Positions 23,446-34,952 of a stretch of DNA of 64,000 bases are shown piece after piece. Source of the stretch: Geopsychrobacteraceae bacterium (GTDB lineage: Bacteria; Desulfobacterota; Desulfuromonadia; Desulfuromonadales; Geopsychrobacteraceae). Position 1 is the stretch's first letter. Each line of letters starts with the position of its first letter. Where the stretch lies: NCBI GenBank assembly GCA_963676795.2, contig CAXXTB010000002.1, positions 1,856,001-1,920,000 on the forward strand, written 5' to 3'. The notes beneath the pieces were generated by a model, which saw only the letters and a list, made by a program, of their open reading frames with translations, was not told the DNA's origin and searched no databases. A program made the position numbers and the translations under genes.

Positions 23446-24159
23446 ATGAAAGCGATATTCCTGGCAGATGCCCACCTGCGCAATGTGCAGGATACAAACT
23501 ATCAAGTATTGCTCGAGTTTCTCAACCAGCAAAAGGATCTTGACGCCCTTTTTCTGCTGGGAGATATCTTCGAATTCTGGTACGGCTATGAAAATGTCGT
23601 CTTTTCAGCCTATGTCCCGATCCTTGAAACTCTGCGGCGCCTCTCCGCAGCCGGAACCCGGATCGTCTTTGTCGAGGGGAATCACGATTTCAACATCGGC
23701 CCCTATTTTTCCCAGGAGCTGAACTGCCGGATCATGACGGAACCGGGCATCATCGAGTGGGATGGGCTGACCATGCTGCTCTGCCACGGCGACCAGCTCA
23801 AAAGAGACCCTTTCTATGCTCTCCTCCGGGCGTTCTGGCGCTCCCATCCACTGAAATGGCTGTCCTGGCTGGTGTCACCGGACCTCGTCTGGCGTTTCGG
23901 CATCTGGCTGAGCAATAAAAGCGACAAACATAAAGCAGACCGAACCCATTACGATCCGACCCCTCATCTGACTGCGGAAGCCAAAAAACAGCAGGGCAGA
24001 ATTCAGGCGCTGATCTGCGGCCACTACCATTATCCGCTTGCAACCGAGTACCAATCGGTCAGGATTGTCGCTCTGGGGGACTGGATCCACCAGTTCTCAT
24101 ACCTGGAAATTCTCGACGGTCGGTTTGAGCTGAAAAGCTACTCCCCTGCTCATTCCTGA
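23446..24159 (+). CDS. lpxH: UDP-2,3-diacylglucosamine diphosphatase
   Basis: Metallophosphoesterase motifs DAHL, LGDIFEFW, GNHD, CHGD, GHYH, LGDW. Confidence 0.78.
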   Translation: MKAIFLADAHLRNVQDTNYQVLLEFLNQQKDLDALFLLGDIFEFWYGYENVVFSAYVPILETLRRLSAAGTRIVFVEGNHDFNIGPYFSQELNCRIMTEPGIIEWDGLTMLLCHGDQLKRDPFYALLRAFWRSHPLKWLSWLVSPDLVWRFGIWLSNKSDKHKADRTHYDPTPHLTAEAKKQQGRIQALICGHYHYPLATEYQSVRIVALGDWIHQFSYLEILDGRFELKSYSPAHS

Positions 24160-25517
24160 GTATCGCTCATCAGATTCTGATCTCCAAGCGACGCGACAAG
24201 ATCACGTAGAGTCGCCTGCCCTGCGGCCTCACCAACGGCCACAGCGACCTGTCCAGCCAGTTCGTGAGCGATACGGGTCTGCGGATGCGGATAGAGGTGC
24301 AGCAACGACTCACCATGATTGTCCAGAGCGTCATAGATAGCGGCGACGCTCAGGTTCTCAGCCGAACGCCCCAGCTGATAGCGACAGCGGCCGCTGCGAC
24401 TTGTCAGTTCCGTAACAAACCCGACCTTCTGCAGCACCCCCATGATCGACCGGCACAGGCGCGGTGGCAGATAGAGCAGCCGCGACAGCTCCTCCAGGCT
24501 CAATGGCGCCTGGCCTGACTGAAAGCGCTGCGCCAGGGTCATCAGCAGGATCAGAGCCACCTGGACAAAATCTCTGCGGCTGATCTCTGAACTGCGCAGA
24601 TCGCGTCCGCTGGTACGCAGGTTCTGCTTGACGTAACAGACCCCGAGGCCAAACAGGACGATCACCCAGGACAGGTAGAGCCAGACCATGAAGACAGGAA
24701 CCGCTGCCATGGTTCCATAGATAGCGTTATAGCGACCGACGCCGAGCTGAAAATGAACATAACCCAGCTGGGCCAGTTGCCAGAGAGTTCCGCCAACAAC
24801 GCCCCCGAAAAAAGCGGCGCGCCAGTCGACGCGAATATTCGACATGAAGACATAGAGTGCGGTGAAAGCCAGCCACATGAAAACAAAGGGCGAAACCTTG
24901 AGCAGCAGCACGAGAAGATCCCCGACCCACTGCATCTCGAACAGCTTCTGCAGCATCCGGTTGCTCAGCAGCGTCGAGGTGCTGGATATCGCGGCAATCA
25001 GCAGCACGGGACCGACCAGGACAATCGTCAGATAATCGGCGAAACGCCGCAGTACCGGCCGGACGTCTTTGACCCCCCAGATATCGTTGAAATTCTTCTC
25101 GACATTGGTCAACAGTGAGACAACAGCAATTACCAGAAAAATCAGCCCAAAGACACCGAGCTGCGCAACCTGAGTGTTGTTGATATATGCGAGAATCGCA
25201 TCGACAACCCGCCCATCCCCGACATTGAGTTTTTCAACGATCAGCGGCTGAATAAGATTCTGCACACCGAAGGCCTTAAGCAGGGTAAAGACCAGAGCCA
25301 GCAGAGGAACCAGGGAGAGCATAGTGTAGTAGGTCAGCGATGAAGCGCGCATCATGCACTGATTATGGGAAAAATCCCGGAACACCAGAACGACGGTCTG
25401 CAACTGGCGCAACAGGATGCGCTGCAGAAAGGTCAGCTCTCGTGGATTGCGCCCCCACAGCCAGTTATCGACAGCCTGCCGGAAACGCTCAAGTTGTGAT
25501 TGTTCGTCAGTCATCAT
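24150..25517 (-). CDS. YihY/BrkB family membrane protein with C-terminal winged-helix
   Basis: ASSLTYYTMLSLVP, FNDIWGV, YNAIYGTMAAVPVFMVWLYLSW. Confidence 0.85.
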   Translation of the reverse strand: MMTDEQSQLERFRQAVDNWLWGRNPRELTFLQRILLRQLQTVVLVFRDFSHNQCMMRASSLTYYTMLSLVPLLALVFTLLKAFGVQNLIQPLIVEKLNVGDGRVVDAILAYINNTQVAQLGVFGLIFLVIAVVSLLTNVEKNFNDIWGVKDVRPVLRRFADYLTIVLVGPVLLIAAISSTSTLLSNRMLQKLFEMQWVGDLLVLLLKVSPFVFMWLAFTALYVFMSNIRVDWRAAFFGGVVGGTLWQLAQLGYVHFQLGVGRYNAIYGTMAAVPVFMVWLYLSWVIVLFGLGVCYVKQNLRTSGRDLRSSEISRRDFVQVALILLMTLAQRFQSGQAPLSLEELSRLLYLPPRLCRSIMGVLQKVGFVTELTSRSGRCRYQLGRSAENLSVAAIYDALDNHGESLLHLYPHPQTRIAHELAGQVAVAVGEAAGQATLRDLVASLGDQNLMSDTQE

Positions 25518-25540
25518 ACCCCGTGCATATGTGAGATCTG

Positions 25541-26956
25541 TTACAGGTCAACCTGTTTGACGGGCAGCCCGAACTGTTGCAACGAATCAACAAAGAGTTC
25601 GCTTTTGCCAACAAGTATAATCTGCAGATGGTCAGGTTTCAGGTATTTTTCTGCAGCCCGGCGCACATCCTCAACCGTCACCGCGGCAATATTGCGCCGG
25701 TAATCTTCCAGATAACCCTGCGGATAGTCGTAGAAATCGAGCCTCACCTGTCGCGCCACCACGGCATGGCAGTTATCAAAAGCAAAGACAAAGGAATTGA
25801 TCAGGCTTTCCTTGGCCAGACTCAGCTCCTGCTCGGCGACAGGGGCGTCGAGCAGCGCCTGGAGCTGCTCCAGCATCAGACGCACAACCTCGGCTGTCGA
25901 TGCGCTTTTGGTCTCCGCAGCGGCGACAAACAACTGCGGCAGTCTCCTGCCGATATTGAAATAAGAATAGACCGAATAAGCCAGGCCCCGGTTGGAGCGG
26001 ATCTCGCGCATCAGCCGCGAATTGAAGCCGCCGCCACCGAGGATATAATTGGCCACCTGCAGGGCGTACATATCGGGGTTGTCCTTGCTGATTCCGCGCT
26101 GCCCCATCAGAATGGTGGTCTGGGGCAGGTCCTTGTCGGCAACAAGGATCCGGGCCTCGGACTCCTCCGGCAGCGGCGGCAGCGCCGGCGTGGCGGGCAC
26201 CCCTGCCGGCCAGTCGGCAAACTGGCTGTCAAGCAGTTGATCCAGCTCCCCCCGGGTCAGGTCGCCGGACACGGCCAGCCAGATGTTACCCGCGCGGAAA
26301 CAGCGTGAATGAAGAGCGACCAGGTCCTGCCTGCTGATGGCATTGACGGTCTCAACCCTGGCCTGGCGGCCGAACGGGTGTCCGGGAGCCGTCTCTTCCG
26401 CCAGCAAGCGGGCTGCGATTCCGGCCGGATTGTCATTCCTGCGATAAATGGCTTCGAGCATCTGGTGACGGACCAGTTCAAAGCGTTCAGCATCAAACTG
26501 CGGCCTGCGCAGCAGATCGGCCAGTAACCGCAGCCCCAATGCGAGATCCCGGCGATGCAGCGACAGGTCGATCTGGTAGCTGTAATCTGTCGCCCCGACG
26601 GACAGTTCGATCGCCCTCGATTCGAGTTCAGTATCAACCTGCTCAGGAGTCAGATCGCCAAAACCGCCACTTTCGAGGGTTGCGGCAAACAGTTCTGACA
26701 GACCGGTCAGCTCTTGGGGATCGTAAAGACTACCTCCGGCCAGGGTGACACTGATATTGACCAGCGGCAGTTCATGATTCTCGTTCAGATAGACCTGCAT
26801 GCCGTTTTCGAGGCGATAGCGGGTCACTTCAGGGAGCGCGAAATTCAATGCGGGAAAGCTCAGCTGATCAGGCCTTAGCTGTCCGCCCAGGTTGACTGGG
26901 ACCTGACAACCGGCAAGCAGAAAAACAAGAAAAGTCGTTATGACGATACGCAACAT
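25541..26956 (-). CDS. M16 family peptidase, non-catalytic subunit, predicted lipoprotein
   Basis: Lipobox LLAGC; LENGMQVYL; no HxxEH; GGGGFNSRLMREIRSNRGLAYSV. Confidence 0.85.
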   Translation of the reverse strand: MLRIVITTFLVFLLAGCQVPVNLGGQLRPDQLSFPALNFALPEVTRYRLENGMQVYLNENHELPLVNISVTLAGGSLYDPQELTGLSELFAATLESGGFGDLTPEQVDTELESRAIELSVGATDYSYQIDLSLHRRDLALGLRLLADLLRRPQFDAERFELVRHQMLEAIYRRNDNPAGIAARLLAEETAPGHPFGRQARVETVNAISRQDLVALHSRCFRAGNIWLAVSGDLTRGELDQLLDSQFADWPAGVPATPALPPLPEESEARILVADKDLPQTTILMGQRGISKDNPDMYALQVANYILGGGGFNSRLMREIRSNRGLAYSVYSYFNIGRRLPQLFVAAAETKSASTAEVVRLMLEQLQALLDAPVAEQELSLAKESLINSFVFAFDNCHAVVARQVRLDFYDYPQGYLEDYRRNIAAVTVEDVRRAAEKYLKPDHLQIILVGKSELFVDSLQQFGLPVKQVDL

Positions 26957-26958
26957 GA

Positions 26959-28431
26959 TCAGCCCCCTTCCCGACCGACAAGTGCAACGGTCCTGTTATC
27001 CGCCGTCAGGTAACGTTGCGCGACCCGGGCCAGTTCTTCGGCGGACACGGACTCGATCTGCTGCTGGTAATCTTCCAGATAGCGCCAGCCGCCGAGGGCT
27101 TCAAAGGATGACAGGGTCCTGGCCAGGCCGCTGTTGCTCTGCATTCTCCTGAGCAGCGACATGGTGATCTGACGCCGCGCCTTGTCAAGCTCCGCAGCTG
27201 TGACGCCCTGCCTCAGCAAGTCAAGTTCCCGATAGATCGCCTCCTCGATGGCTGAGACTGCCACCCCCTGACGCGGGGTCGCACTGACAATCATCAGGTT
27301 GGGATAACGTGAACCGGGGGCGGAAAAGACACCGACATCCGTGGCCAGCTGCTTGTCGAGAACAAGCGCGCGATAAAGACGCGAGGTTCTCCCTGCGCCG
27401 AGAATCTCCATCAACAGATCGAAGACATAATCCTCACGCTGCGGGGCGGCCGGCTTGTGATAGGCGATCATCAACCCCGGCTCGGCATCAAAACGGACCT
27501 TGATACGCCGTTCGCCCTGCTGGGTCGGCTCGACCGCCGTCACCGGCGGAACCTGTTCTCCGGAGGGCAGCTTGCCGAAGTAACGCTTGATCAAGGCCAG
27601 CGCGTTATCGCCATGAAAATCGCCAACCAGAGTGATGACCATGTTGGCCGGCGTGTAGTAGCGGGAATAAAGCGACCTGATATCATCCGGGGTCAGATTC
27701 GCGATATCCGATCCCCAGCCGATGGTCGGCTCACGGTATGGATGAACCTTGAATGCCGTCGCCAGCAAAGATTCATAGAGAAGTCCGTTTGGATTGCTTT
27801 CATAGGAGCGCCTGCGCTCCTCGTAAACGACATCCCGCTCGGTATAGAATTCGCGGAAGACCGCGTTGGCCAGCCGATCGGACTCAATGGCAGCCCAGAG
27901 TTCGAGTTTGTTGGCAGGCAGGTTGATCAGGTAGGTCGTCTGGTCCTTGCCGGTGAAGGCGTTGAAGCCGACACCGCCATTTTCGGCATAGATCTTCGAG
28001 AATTCATCCTTGACGACAAGCTGCTTATGCTCCTTCTGCAGGGCCTTCAGCTCAGCCCGCATTTTTTCTAGAGCAACCGGGTCGCTCTCCGGCAGATTTT
28101 TCAGCCGGTCGATCTTACCACCGACAGTCTCGATCCTGTCGAGCAGCGGCTTCTCTTCGGCATAATTTTTCGTGCCGAGAACCCTGGTTCCCTTGAACAG
28201 CATATGCTCGAGCAGATGCGCCGCGCCGCGCTGCTCACTCGTCTCGTTGACCGATCCGACCTTGAAACTGATATAGGCCGAAACGGTCGGAGAACCATGA
28301 CGCTCGACAAAGAGAACGGTCGCCCCGTTTGCCAGGCGGTGTTCCTGAACCCTGTCCGCGAGGGAGGCGGCTGCCACAGCCGGAACGGAGAAAAGGACTG
28401 TCAGCACCACGAGAAATAATCTGAAAACCAT
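26959..28431 (-). CDS. M16 family zinc peptidase, catalytic subunit
   Basis: Signal peptide; AHLLEHMLFKGT (HxxEH); NAFT; start could be 28443. Confidence 0.88.
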   Translation of the reverse strand: MVFRLFLVVLTVLFSVPAVAAASLADRVQEHRLANGATVLFVERHGSPTVSAYISFKVGSVNETSEQRGAAHLLEHMLFKGTRVLGTKNYAEEKPLLDRIETVGGKIDRLKNLPESDPVALEKMRAELKALQKEHKQLVVKDEFSKIYAENGGVGFNAFTGKDQTTYLINLPANKLELWAAIESDRLANAVFREFYTERDVVYEERRRSYESNPNGLLYESLLATAFKVHPYREPTIGWGSDIANLTPDDIRSLYSRYYTPANMVITLVGDFHGDNALALIKRYFGKLPSGEQVPPVTAVEPTQQGERRIKVRFDAEPGLMIAYHKPAAPQREDYVFDLLMEILGAGRTSRLYRALVLDKQLATDVGVFSAPGSRYPNLMIVSATPRQGVAVSAIEEAIYRELDLLRQGVTAAELDKARRQITMSLLRRMQSNSGLARTLSSFEALGGWRYLEDYQQQIESVSAEELARVAQRYLTADNRTVALVGREGG

Positions 28432-28678
28432 ATATTCACCCATCTATCTGAATTCTGTGCCATTCATTCCAGTCTATAGCAAAAATGAACCCGGAATCCA
28501 CCTCCCCAGCGACCAGCAGCGGAATTTTGCCCGACACCACCAGCGGCAGTGATAGTTTTGCAGTATAATTCGACATGGTCCACACTCTAATGTGCCACAG
28601 ACAAGATCACAAGTGCGGGATTGTAAAGAGTTCACTATTACAACAAATCTATTAGTCACAAATGAGGATTCCACGAAT

Positions 28679-29641
28679 ATGAAACGAATTGCTGTTCTGA
28701 CCAGCGGTGGTGATTGTTCCGGCATGAATGCGACGGTACGCGCTGTTGTCCGTGCCGGTGTGGCAAGCGGTCTTGAAGTCATCGGCTTCCACAAGGGCTA
28801 CCAGGGGGTGATCGACCGACTTTACGAACGGATGGACACCCGCTCCGTGAGCAATGTCCTGCAGCGCGGCGGCACCTTTCTGCAGAGCGCCAGATGCAAG
28901 GAGATGCGTACGGAACCCGGATTGAGGCTGGCCTGCGATAATATCAAAGGGCTGGGCATCGAAGGACTGGTCGTGATCGGGGGGGACGGCTCATTACGTG
29001 GCGCCCAGGCGATTTCACAACAGGGGATCGCGGTCATCGGTATCCCCGCTTCAATCGACAACGACATCCCCTATACCTCTATGTCGCTCGGCGTCGATAC
29101 CGCCCTGAACAACATCATTCGCGCCGTCGACAACCTCAAGGACACCGCATCCTCACATAACAGAACGTTCGTCGTAGAAACCATGGGTAGAAACTGCGGA
29201 TACCTGGCGGCCATCTCGGCCATTGCGACCGGAGCCGAATTCTGCCTGATCCCGGAACAGCCCTACGATATCGCCCAAGTCTGCAGTGAGCTGCGCAATC
29301 GCTACCGTGAAGGACGCACCAACTCCGTTATTATCGTCGCAGAAGGGGCCGGCAAAGCGGAGGAGATCGCCAACCAGGTCAAGGACAGCATCGGTTTCGA
29401 AACCAGGATCACCGTCCTGGGCCACTATCAGCGGGGAGGTTCTCCGAGCGCTTTTGACCGTCTGCTCGCGGCGCGTTTCGGCCAGGCGGCCGTCGATGCC
29501 CTGCTCCAGGGCCGAAGCGGCGTCATGGTCGGCTTGCAATGTGAAGAAATGACCCTGACCGAGCTGGAAAAGGTCACCAGCAGCGACAGCCGGGCGATCG
29601 ATCCGGTTTTCACCCAACTGGCGAACAGGCTCTCGATCTGA
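28679..29641 (+). CDS. pfkA: ATP-dependent 6-phosphofructokinase
   Basis: VLTSGGD, IGGDGS, SIDNDI, ETMGR, LGHYQRGG. Confidence 0.93.
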   Translation: MKRIAVLTSGGDCSGMNATVRAVVRAGVASGLEVIGFHKGYQGVIDRLYERMDTRSVSNVLQRGGTFLQSARCKEMRTEPGLRLACDNIKGLGIEGLVVIGGDGSLRGAQAISQQGIAVIGIPASIDNDIPYTSMSLGVDTALNNIIRAVDNLKDTASSHNRTFVVETMGRNCGYLAAISAIATGAEFCLIPEQPYDIAQVCSELRNRYREGRTNSVIIVAEGAGKAEEIANQVKDSIGFETRITVLGHYQRGGSPSAFDRLLAARFGQAAVDALLQGRSGVMVGLQCEEMTLTELEKVTSSDSRAIDPVFTQLANRLSI

Positions 29642-29650
29642 ACCGGTGAG

Positions 29651-30541
29651 CTACAGGAAGCGTTCGAGATCGCCAAGAGCTGCTTCCGCGGCCCGGCGCC
29701 CGATCGCGATCATCTCTTCGGCACGGTGGAACTCATAGATCGAACAGATATCCTTCGGCAGTTCGATGAGAACGTCCGGCGGGTAGCCGGCCAGTTTGAA
29801 ATTGGCGATGGTCGTCTGCATGGCGTCGATACTCTTGGAAAGCACATCGAACAGGCCACTTTCATCCTCCGCACCAGCACCGTTGTTCCACGGCAGGCTG
29901 TCGATGAATTCGATCAGCTTCTGATGGTAGGGGGTGCGCTCGGCGGCGGGTTCTGGTGAAGCACCCTGCCCGCCTGGCGGCCTGCTGCGCTTGCCGTTGA
30001 GACTGACAGCCACGGTCACATCGGTCAGATCACGCATGGTCGGGGCAATCGGAACCGGGTTGAGCAGACCACCATCGACCAGATTTCGCCCCTGATAATT
30101 GAAGGCGGCGATGACAGTCGGAAAAGCGATCGAAGCCCTGATCGCGTCGAACAACGGACCCGTTGACAGCCAGACCTCCTTGTTGGCATCGAGATCGGAG
30201 GCGACGGCGGTAAAGGCAACGGGCAGATCCTCGATATTCAGATCTCCGATCAGGCGGCGCAGGGTTGCTATGACCTTCTCCCCCTTGAACAGAGCGGTGC
30301 CACTGAAGGAGAGATCGAGCAAACGAATAACGTCGATCCTGTCAAGAGCACAGACCCAGTCCCGGAAAACATCGAGTTTACCGGTCGCATAGATCCCCCC
30401 GACCAGCGCCCCCATCGACGATCCGGAGATAGCTTTTATCCGGTAACCCTGCTCTTCCAGCACCTGGATAACCCCGATATGAACCAGTCCGCGTGCGCCC
30501 CCACTGCCAAGGACGAGAGAAATTGATTTCTCACCTGCCAT
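29651..30541 (-). CDS. Patatin-like phospholipase (RssA-like)
   Basis: GSGGARG, GSSMG, DGG motifs. Confidence 0.88.
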   Translation of the reverse strand: MAGEKSISLVLGSGGARGLVHIGVIQVLEEQGYRIKAISGSSMGALVGGIYATGKLDVFRDWVCALDRIDVIRLLDLSFSGTALFKGEKVIATLRRLIGDLNIEDLPVAFTAVASDLDANKEVWLSTGPLFDAIRASIAFPTVIAAFNYQGRNLVDGGLLNPVPIAPTMRDLTDVTVAVSLNGKRSRPPGGQGASPEPAAERTPYHQKLIEFIDSLPWNNGAGAEDESGLFDVLSKSIDAMQTTIANFKLAGYPPDVLIELPKDICSIYEFHRAEEMIAIGRRAAEAALGDLERFL

Positions 30542-30589
30542 TGTATGATCCTTGAGTTCAGATGATATGCTGATAGCGACAAGTCTTGA

Positions 30590-32065
<1,476 letters not shown>

Positions 32066-32079
32066 TCAGCGCAACAGAC

Positions 32080-32124
32080 GGGCCGTTCTGAAAGACGTCT
32101 GAAGATAATTGTTCAGAACGGCCC
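32080..32124. repeat. 13-bp perfect inverted repeat after purB (stem-loop)
   Basis: GGGCCGTTCTGAA ... TTCAGAACGGCCC; no U-tract. Confidence 0.5.
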
Positions 32125-32143
32125 ATGACTTAAGAGGGCAAGC

Positions 32144-32593
32144 ATGAAACTGCTCTACGTCTACCGAACCAAGGGCGGAGAATTCTATCTCGGCCAGAGT
32201 GAAGATGGAAGATACCACCCGCTGCTCTACGGTGAAAGCCTCGGAGAATATGCCAGCCTCGAGCAGGCCGCCGAGGAGCTGGCCGCCGGACGTACCATAG
32301 CACCGGACTGCAGCACCTTCATTGAAGAGCTTGGCATTCCCGCCGAGCTCAGAGACTGGACGAACTCTAACGGCCCAGCCGTTAACCCAAACGACCAGAC
32401 AGGACGTATCACCATGAACCTAAATGCCCTTTTTTTCATTCGGACAATCGTGACAATTGCCCTGCTGGTCGGCGGACTCTGGCTGATGAGCCGTGACATG
32501 ACCGTTTTCGCCTTTGTCTGCTTTGCACTGGGCGGTTTTCTGATCAGGCTGAACAAGAAACAGAAAGGCACAGGGACAGCACCAAAAAAATAA
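32144..32593 (+). CDS. Hypothetical protein with two C-terminal TM helices
   Basis: GAGGG RBS; fills the intergenic gap; possible internal start at 32414. Confidence 0.55.
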   Translation: MKLLYVYRTKGGEFYLGQSEDGRYHPLLYGESLGEYASLEQAAEELAAGRTIAPDCSTFIEELGIPAELRDWTNSNGPAVNPNDQTGRITMNLNALFFIRTIVTIALLVGGLWLMSRDMTVFAFVCFALGGFLIRLNKKQKGTGTAPKK

Positions 32594-32780
32594 CAGGAGA
32601 TCTCCAGTCCCCCTCTTCGCATACAGACATGACAACTGCCTGTTCTTATTCAGTTGCTGATTGAACTGTCAGCGACAAATAAAAACTTCCTTTTTCTGAT
32701 TTCTGATTATTTGTTATAGTTCTTGCGTTTTTTTCACAAACTGCATGTGACAGACTATTCTGTCTTCAGGAGGGGAGCTG

Positions 32781-34520
32781 ATGCGCAAACCAACCTTACG
32801 CTCAGCCTTGATATATCCGTACATTTCACTTGTTATTATTCTTGCCGTAGCTGTCGGAGCTCTTTCCTACCGGACCGGGCAGCATGCCGTAACAACAGTC
32901 ACAGAGCATATGCTCAAAGAGATCGTCAGCCGTATCAGCCAGGCGGTAGACCGTCACGTCGTCGGCTCGGTCGCAACGCTTGAAACGGCATTTCCTGATG
33001 GGATGGCCGCCCCGGAGTCGATTGAAACGGACATCGAGGCAATGCAAACCCGCTTCTGGATCGCGACTTCTCTGCATATCGATCCCAATAATTACGTCTA
33101 TTACGGCAACATCAAGGGGCAGGCGTTCGGCCTTTATCGCCATTCCATCAATGCGGGCGAACTGCGCGTCAAGTTCGACGCCAGGGAGCATCGAAAAAAG
33201 TTCAACATTGACGGGATAAACGCCAGTCCACAATACATGTCGACGGAAGAAAAACTGTTTGACCCCAGAACCCGCCCCTGGTTCAAGGTGGCCCAAACCA
33301 GCCAGAAGGATATCTGGACCTCCGTTTACATCGATTTCGGCACCTATGACCTGGTCGCAACACGCGCCAGACGAGTCCTCGGCAGCCATGGTGAGCTACA
33401 GGGCGTCGTCGCCACCGACATGCCGCTGAAAAACCTCAACACCTTCGTCAGCAACCTGCAGATTTCCGCCAACGGCATCGCCTTTATCATCGAGCCGAAC
33501 GGCGATCTGATCGCCTCCTCATGCAGTCCGAATATCAAACAGACAGCGGATGGACAGAATGTCCGCATCAACGCGGCGGACAGCGGCAATTTTCTGCTCA
33601 ACGAGGTTTACATGCGCCTCAAGCCGCTGCTCAAAGAGATCGATGACAATGTGCCGCGCACCTTCTTTTTCAAAAACAGTCATGATCAGAATATCAGCGT
33701 CGCATTTGAAATCTTCCGCGACAAGGCGGGGTTGAACTGGATCAATGTCGTCGCCCTGCCTGACAACGATTTTCTTGGTGATATCAGTAAAAACGTACTG
33801 AGAACAATCTTCATCGCCATTCTGGCAACCTGCCTTGTTGTTGTTATCGGCCTGAGTATCTTCAACTGGCTGTCGAAAGATCTGACCAAGCTGGCCGTTG
33901 CCGTCAACAACGTCTGCAGTGGTCGCCTTGAGGAACCGATCGAGATTCATCGCAACGACGCCATCGGTACCCTGGCCGACAGTTTCAGAGCCATGCAGCA
34001 TCGCCTGAAGACCGATCACCTGACAGGCCTGCCCAACCGTTACGCCTTTGAACAGAGCCTGACGGCCATGATCGAAAGCTATCAGAGTGAGCAAAAACCT
34101 TTCGCTGTCATGTTCGTCGACATCAATGACTTCAAACAGATCAATGATCGCTATGGGCATGAAACAGGCGATCAGGCCCTGATCGAGTTTGCCCAGAGAT
34201 TGCGCTCAAACACCCGCTCGGGCGACCTGGTCGCTCGCCTGGGCGGCGATGAGTTCGTTTTCATTCTGAAAGAGATCCGCTCTTCAGCCGAGCTTGATCC
34301 GATCATCCAACAGCTGGACAGAGCCCTGGCAGCCCCGCTGCTGTCGATCACGACTGAAAAGGAAACCTACCACGCGGCCATCGGGGTCGCACAATATCCT
34401 ACGGATGCGCTGAGCATGAAAGAGCTGTTGTCCGTTGCCGACAACCAGATGTATACCCATAAGTTTTCCTTCAAGGAGGCACGCCCAGGGAGCCCGCAAG
34501 ATCAGAATGAGCCCTCCTGA
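32781..34520 (+). CDS. Cache-HAMP-GGDEF membrane diguanylate cyclase
   Basis: Two TM; FDPRTRPWF Cache motif; HAMP; DHLTGLPNR, RSGD I-site, GGDEF. Confidence 0.88.
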   Translation: MRKPTLRSALIYPYISLVIILAVAVGALSYRTGQHAVTTVTEHMLKEIVSRISQAVDRHVVGSVATLETAFPDGMAAPESIETDIEAMQTRFWIATSLHIDPNNYVYYGNIKGQAFGLYRHSINAGELRVKFDAREHRKKFNIDGINASPQYMSTEEKLFDPRTRPWFKVAQTSQKDIWTSVYIDFGTYDLVATRARRVLGSHGELQGVVATDMPLKNLNTFVSNLQISANGIAFIIEPNGDLIASSCSPNIKQTADGQNVRINAADSGNFLLNEVYMRLKPLLKEIDDNVPRTFFFKNSHDQNISVAFEIFRDKAGLNWINVVALPDNDFLGDISKNVLRTIFIAILATCLVVVIGLSIFNWLSKDLTKLAVAVNNVCSGRLEEPIEIHRNDAIGTLADSFRAMQHRLKTDHLTGLPNRYAFEQSLTAMIESYQSEQKPFAVMFVDINDFKQINDRYGHETGDQALIEFAQRLRSNTRSGDLVARLGGDEFVFILKEIRSSAELDPIIQQLDRALAAPLLSITTEKETYHAAIGVAQYPTDALSMKELLSVADNQMYTHKFSFKEARPGSPQDQNEPS

Positions 34521-34582
34521 CCTTCCTTGTTACAAATAACCAAACCACGGTATCGAATTTTGTTTTCGACACCGTTTTTTTC

Positions 34583-34630
34583 TTGACCATCCCTGTTTTC
34601 TTACCTATTCTTCCTGAAATTGGTTTTCAT
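34583..34630 (+). promoter_or_regulatory. feo promoter with putative Fur box
   Basis: TTGACC-17 nt-TATTCT, then CTGAAATTGGTTTTCAT (34614-34630), close to the deltaproteobacterial Fur consensus wTGAAAATnATTTTCAw. Confidence 0.6.
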
Positions 34631-34709
34631 TTCGCTTTTCGAAAGCTCAACCCGTACTGTCCTGCCAAAGATGTCATTTCAAACAGTACTGAACAAGGAG
34701 ATACCCCCT

Positions 34710-34952
34710 ATGTCGTTATCATTACGTCATCTAAACAAGGAAGAGCGTGGCCGCATCACGGCAGTCACCGCAGAAGGAGAGATCGGCCGGCGCCTGCGTG
34801 ACATGGGTCTTTCGCCAGGGACAGAACTGACGATCGTCGGTCGTGCGCCGCTGAAAGATCCGGTTGCAATACGGCTGCGAAACTTCACCCTGACGCTGCG
34901 CAACAACGAAGCAGATTATATTTTTGTTGAAAAGCTGGAGAATGAATCATGA
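34710..34952 (+). CDS. feoA: Ferrous iron transport protein A
   Basis: RRLRDMGL, RAPLKDPV, LTLRNNEA; AAGGAG RBS. Confidence 0.92.
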   Translation: MSLSLRHLNKEERGRITAVTAEGEIGRRLRDMGLSPGTELTIVGRAPLKDPVAIRLRNFTLTLRNNEADYIFVEKLENES

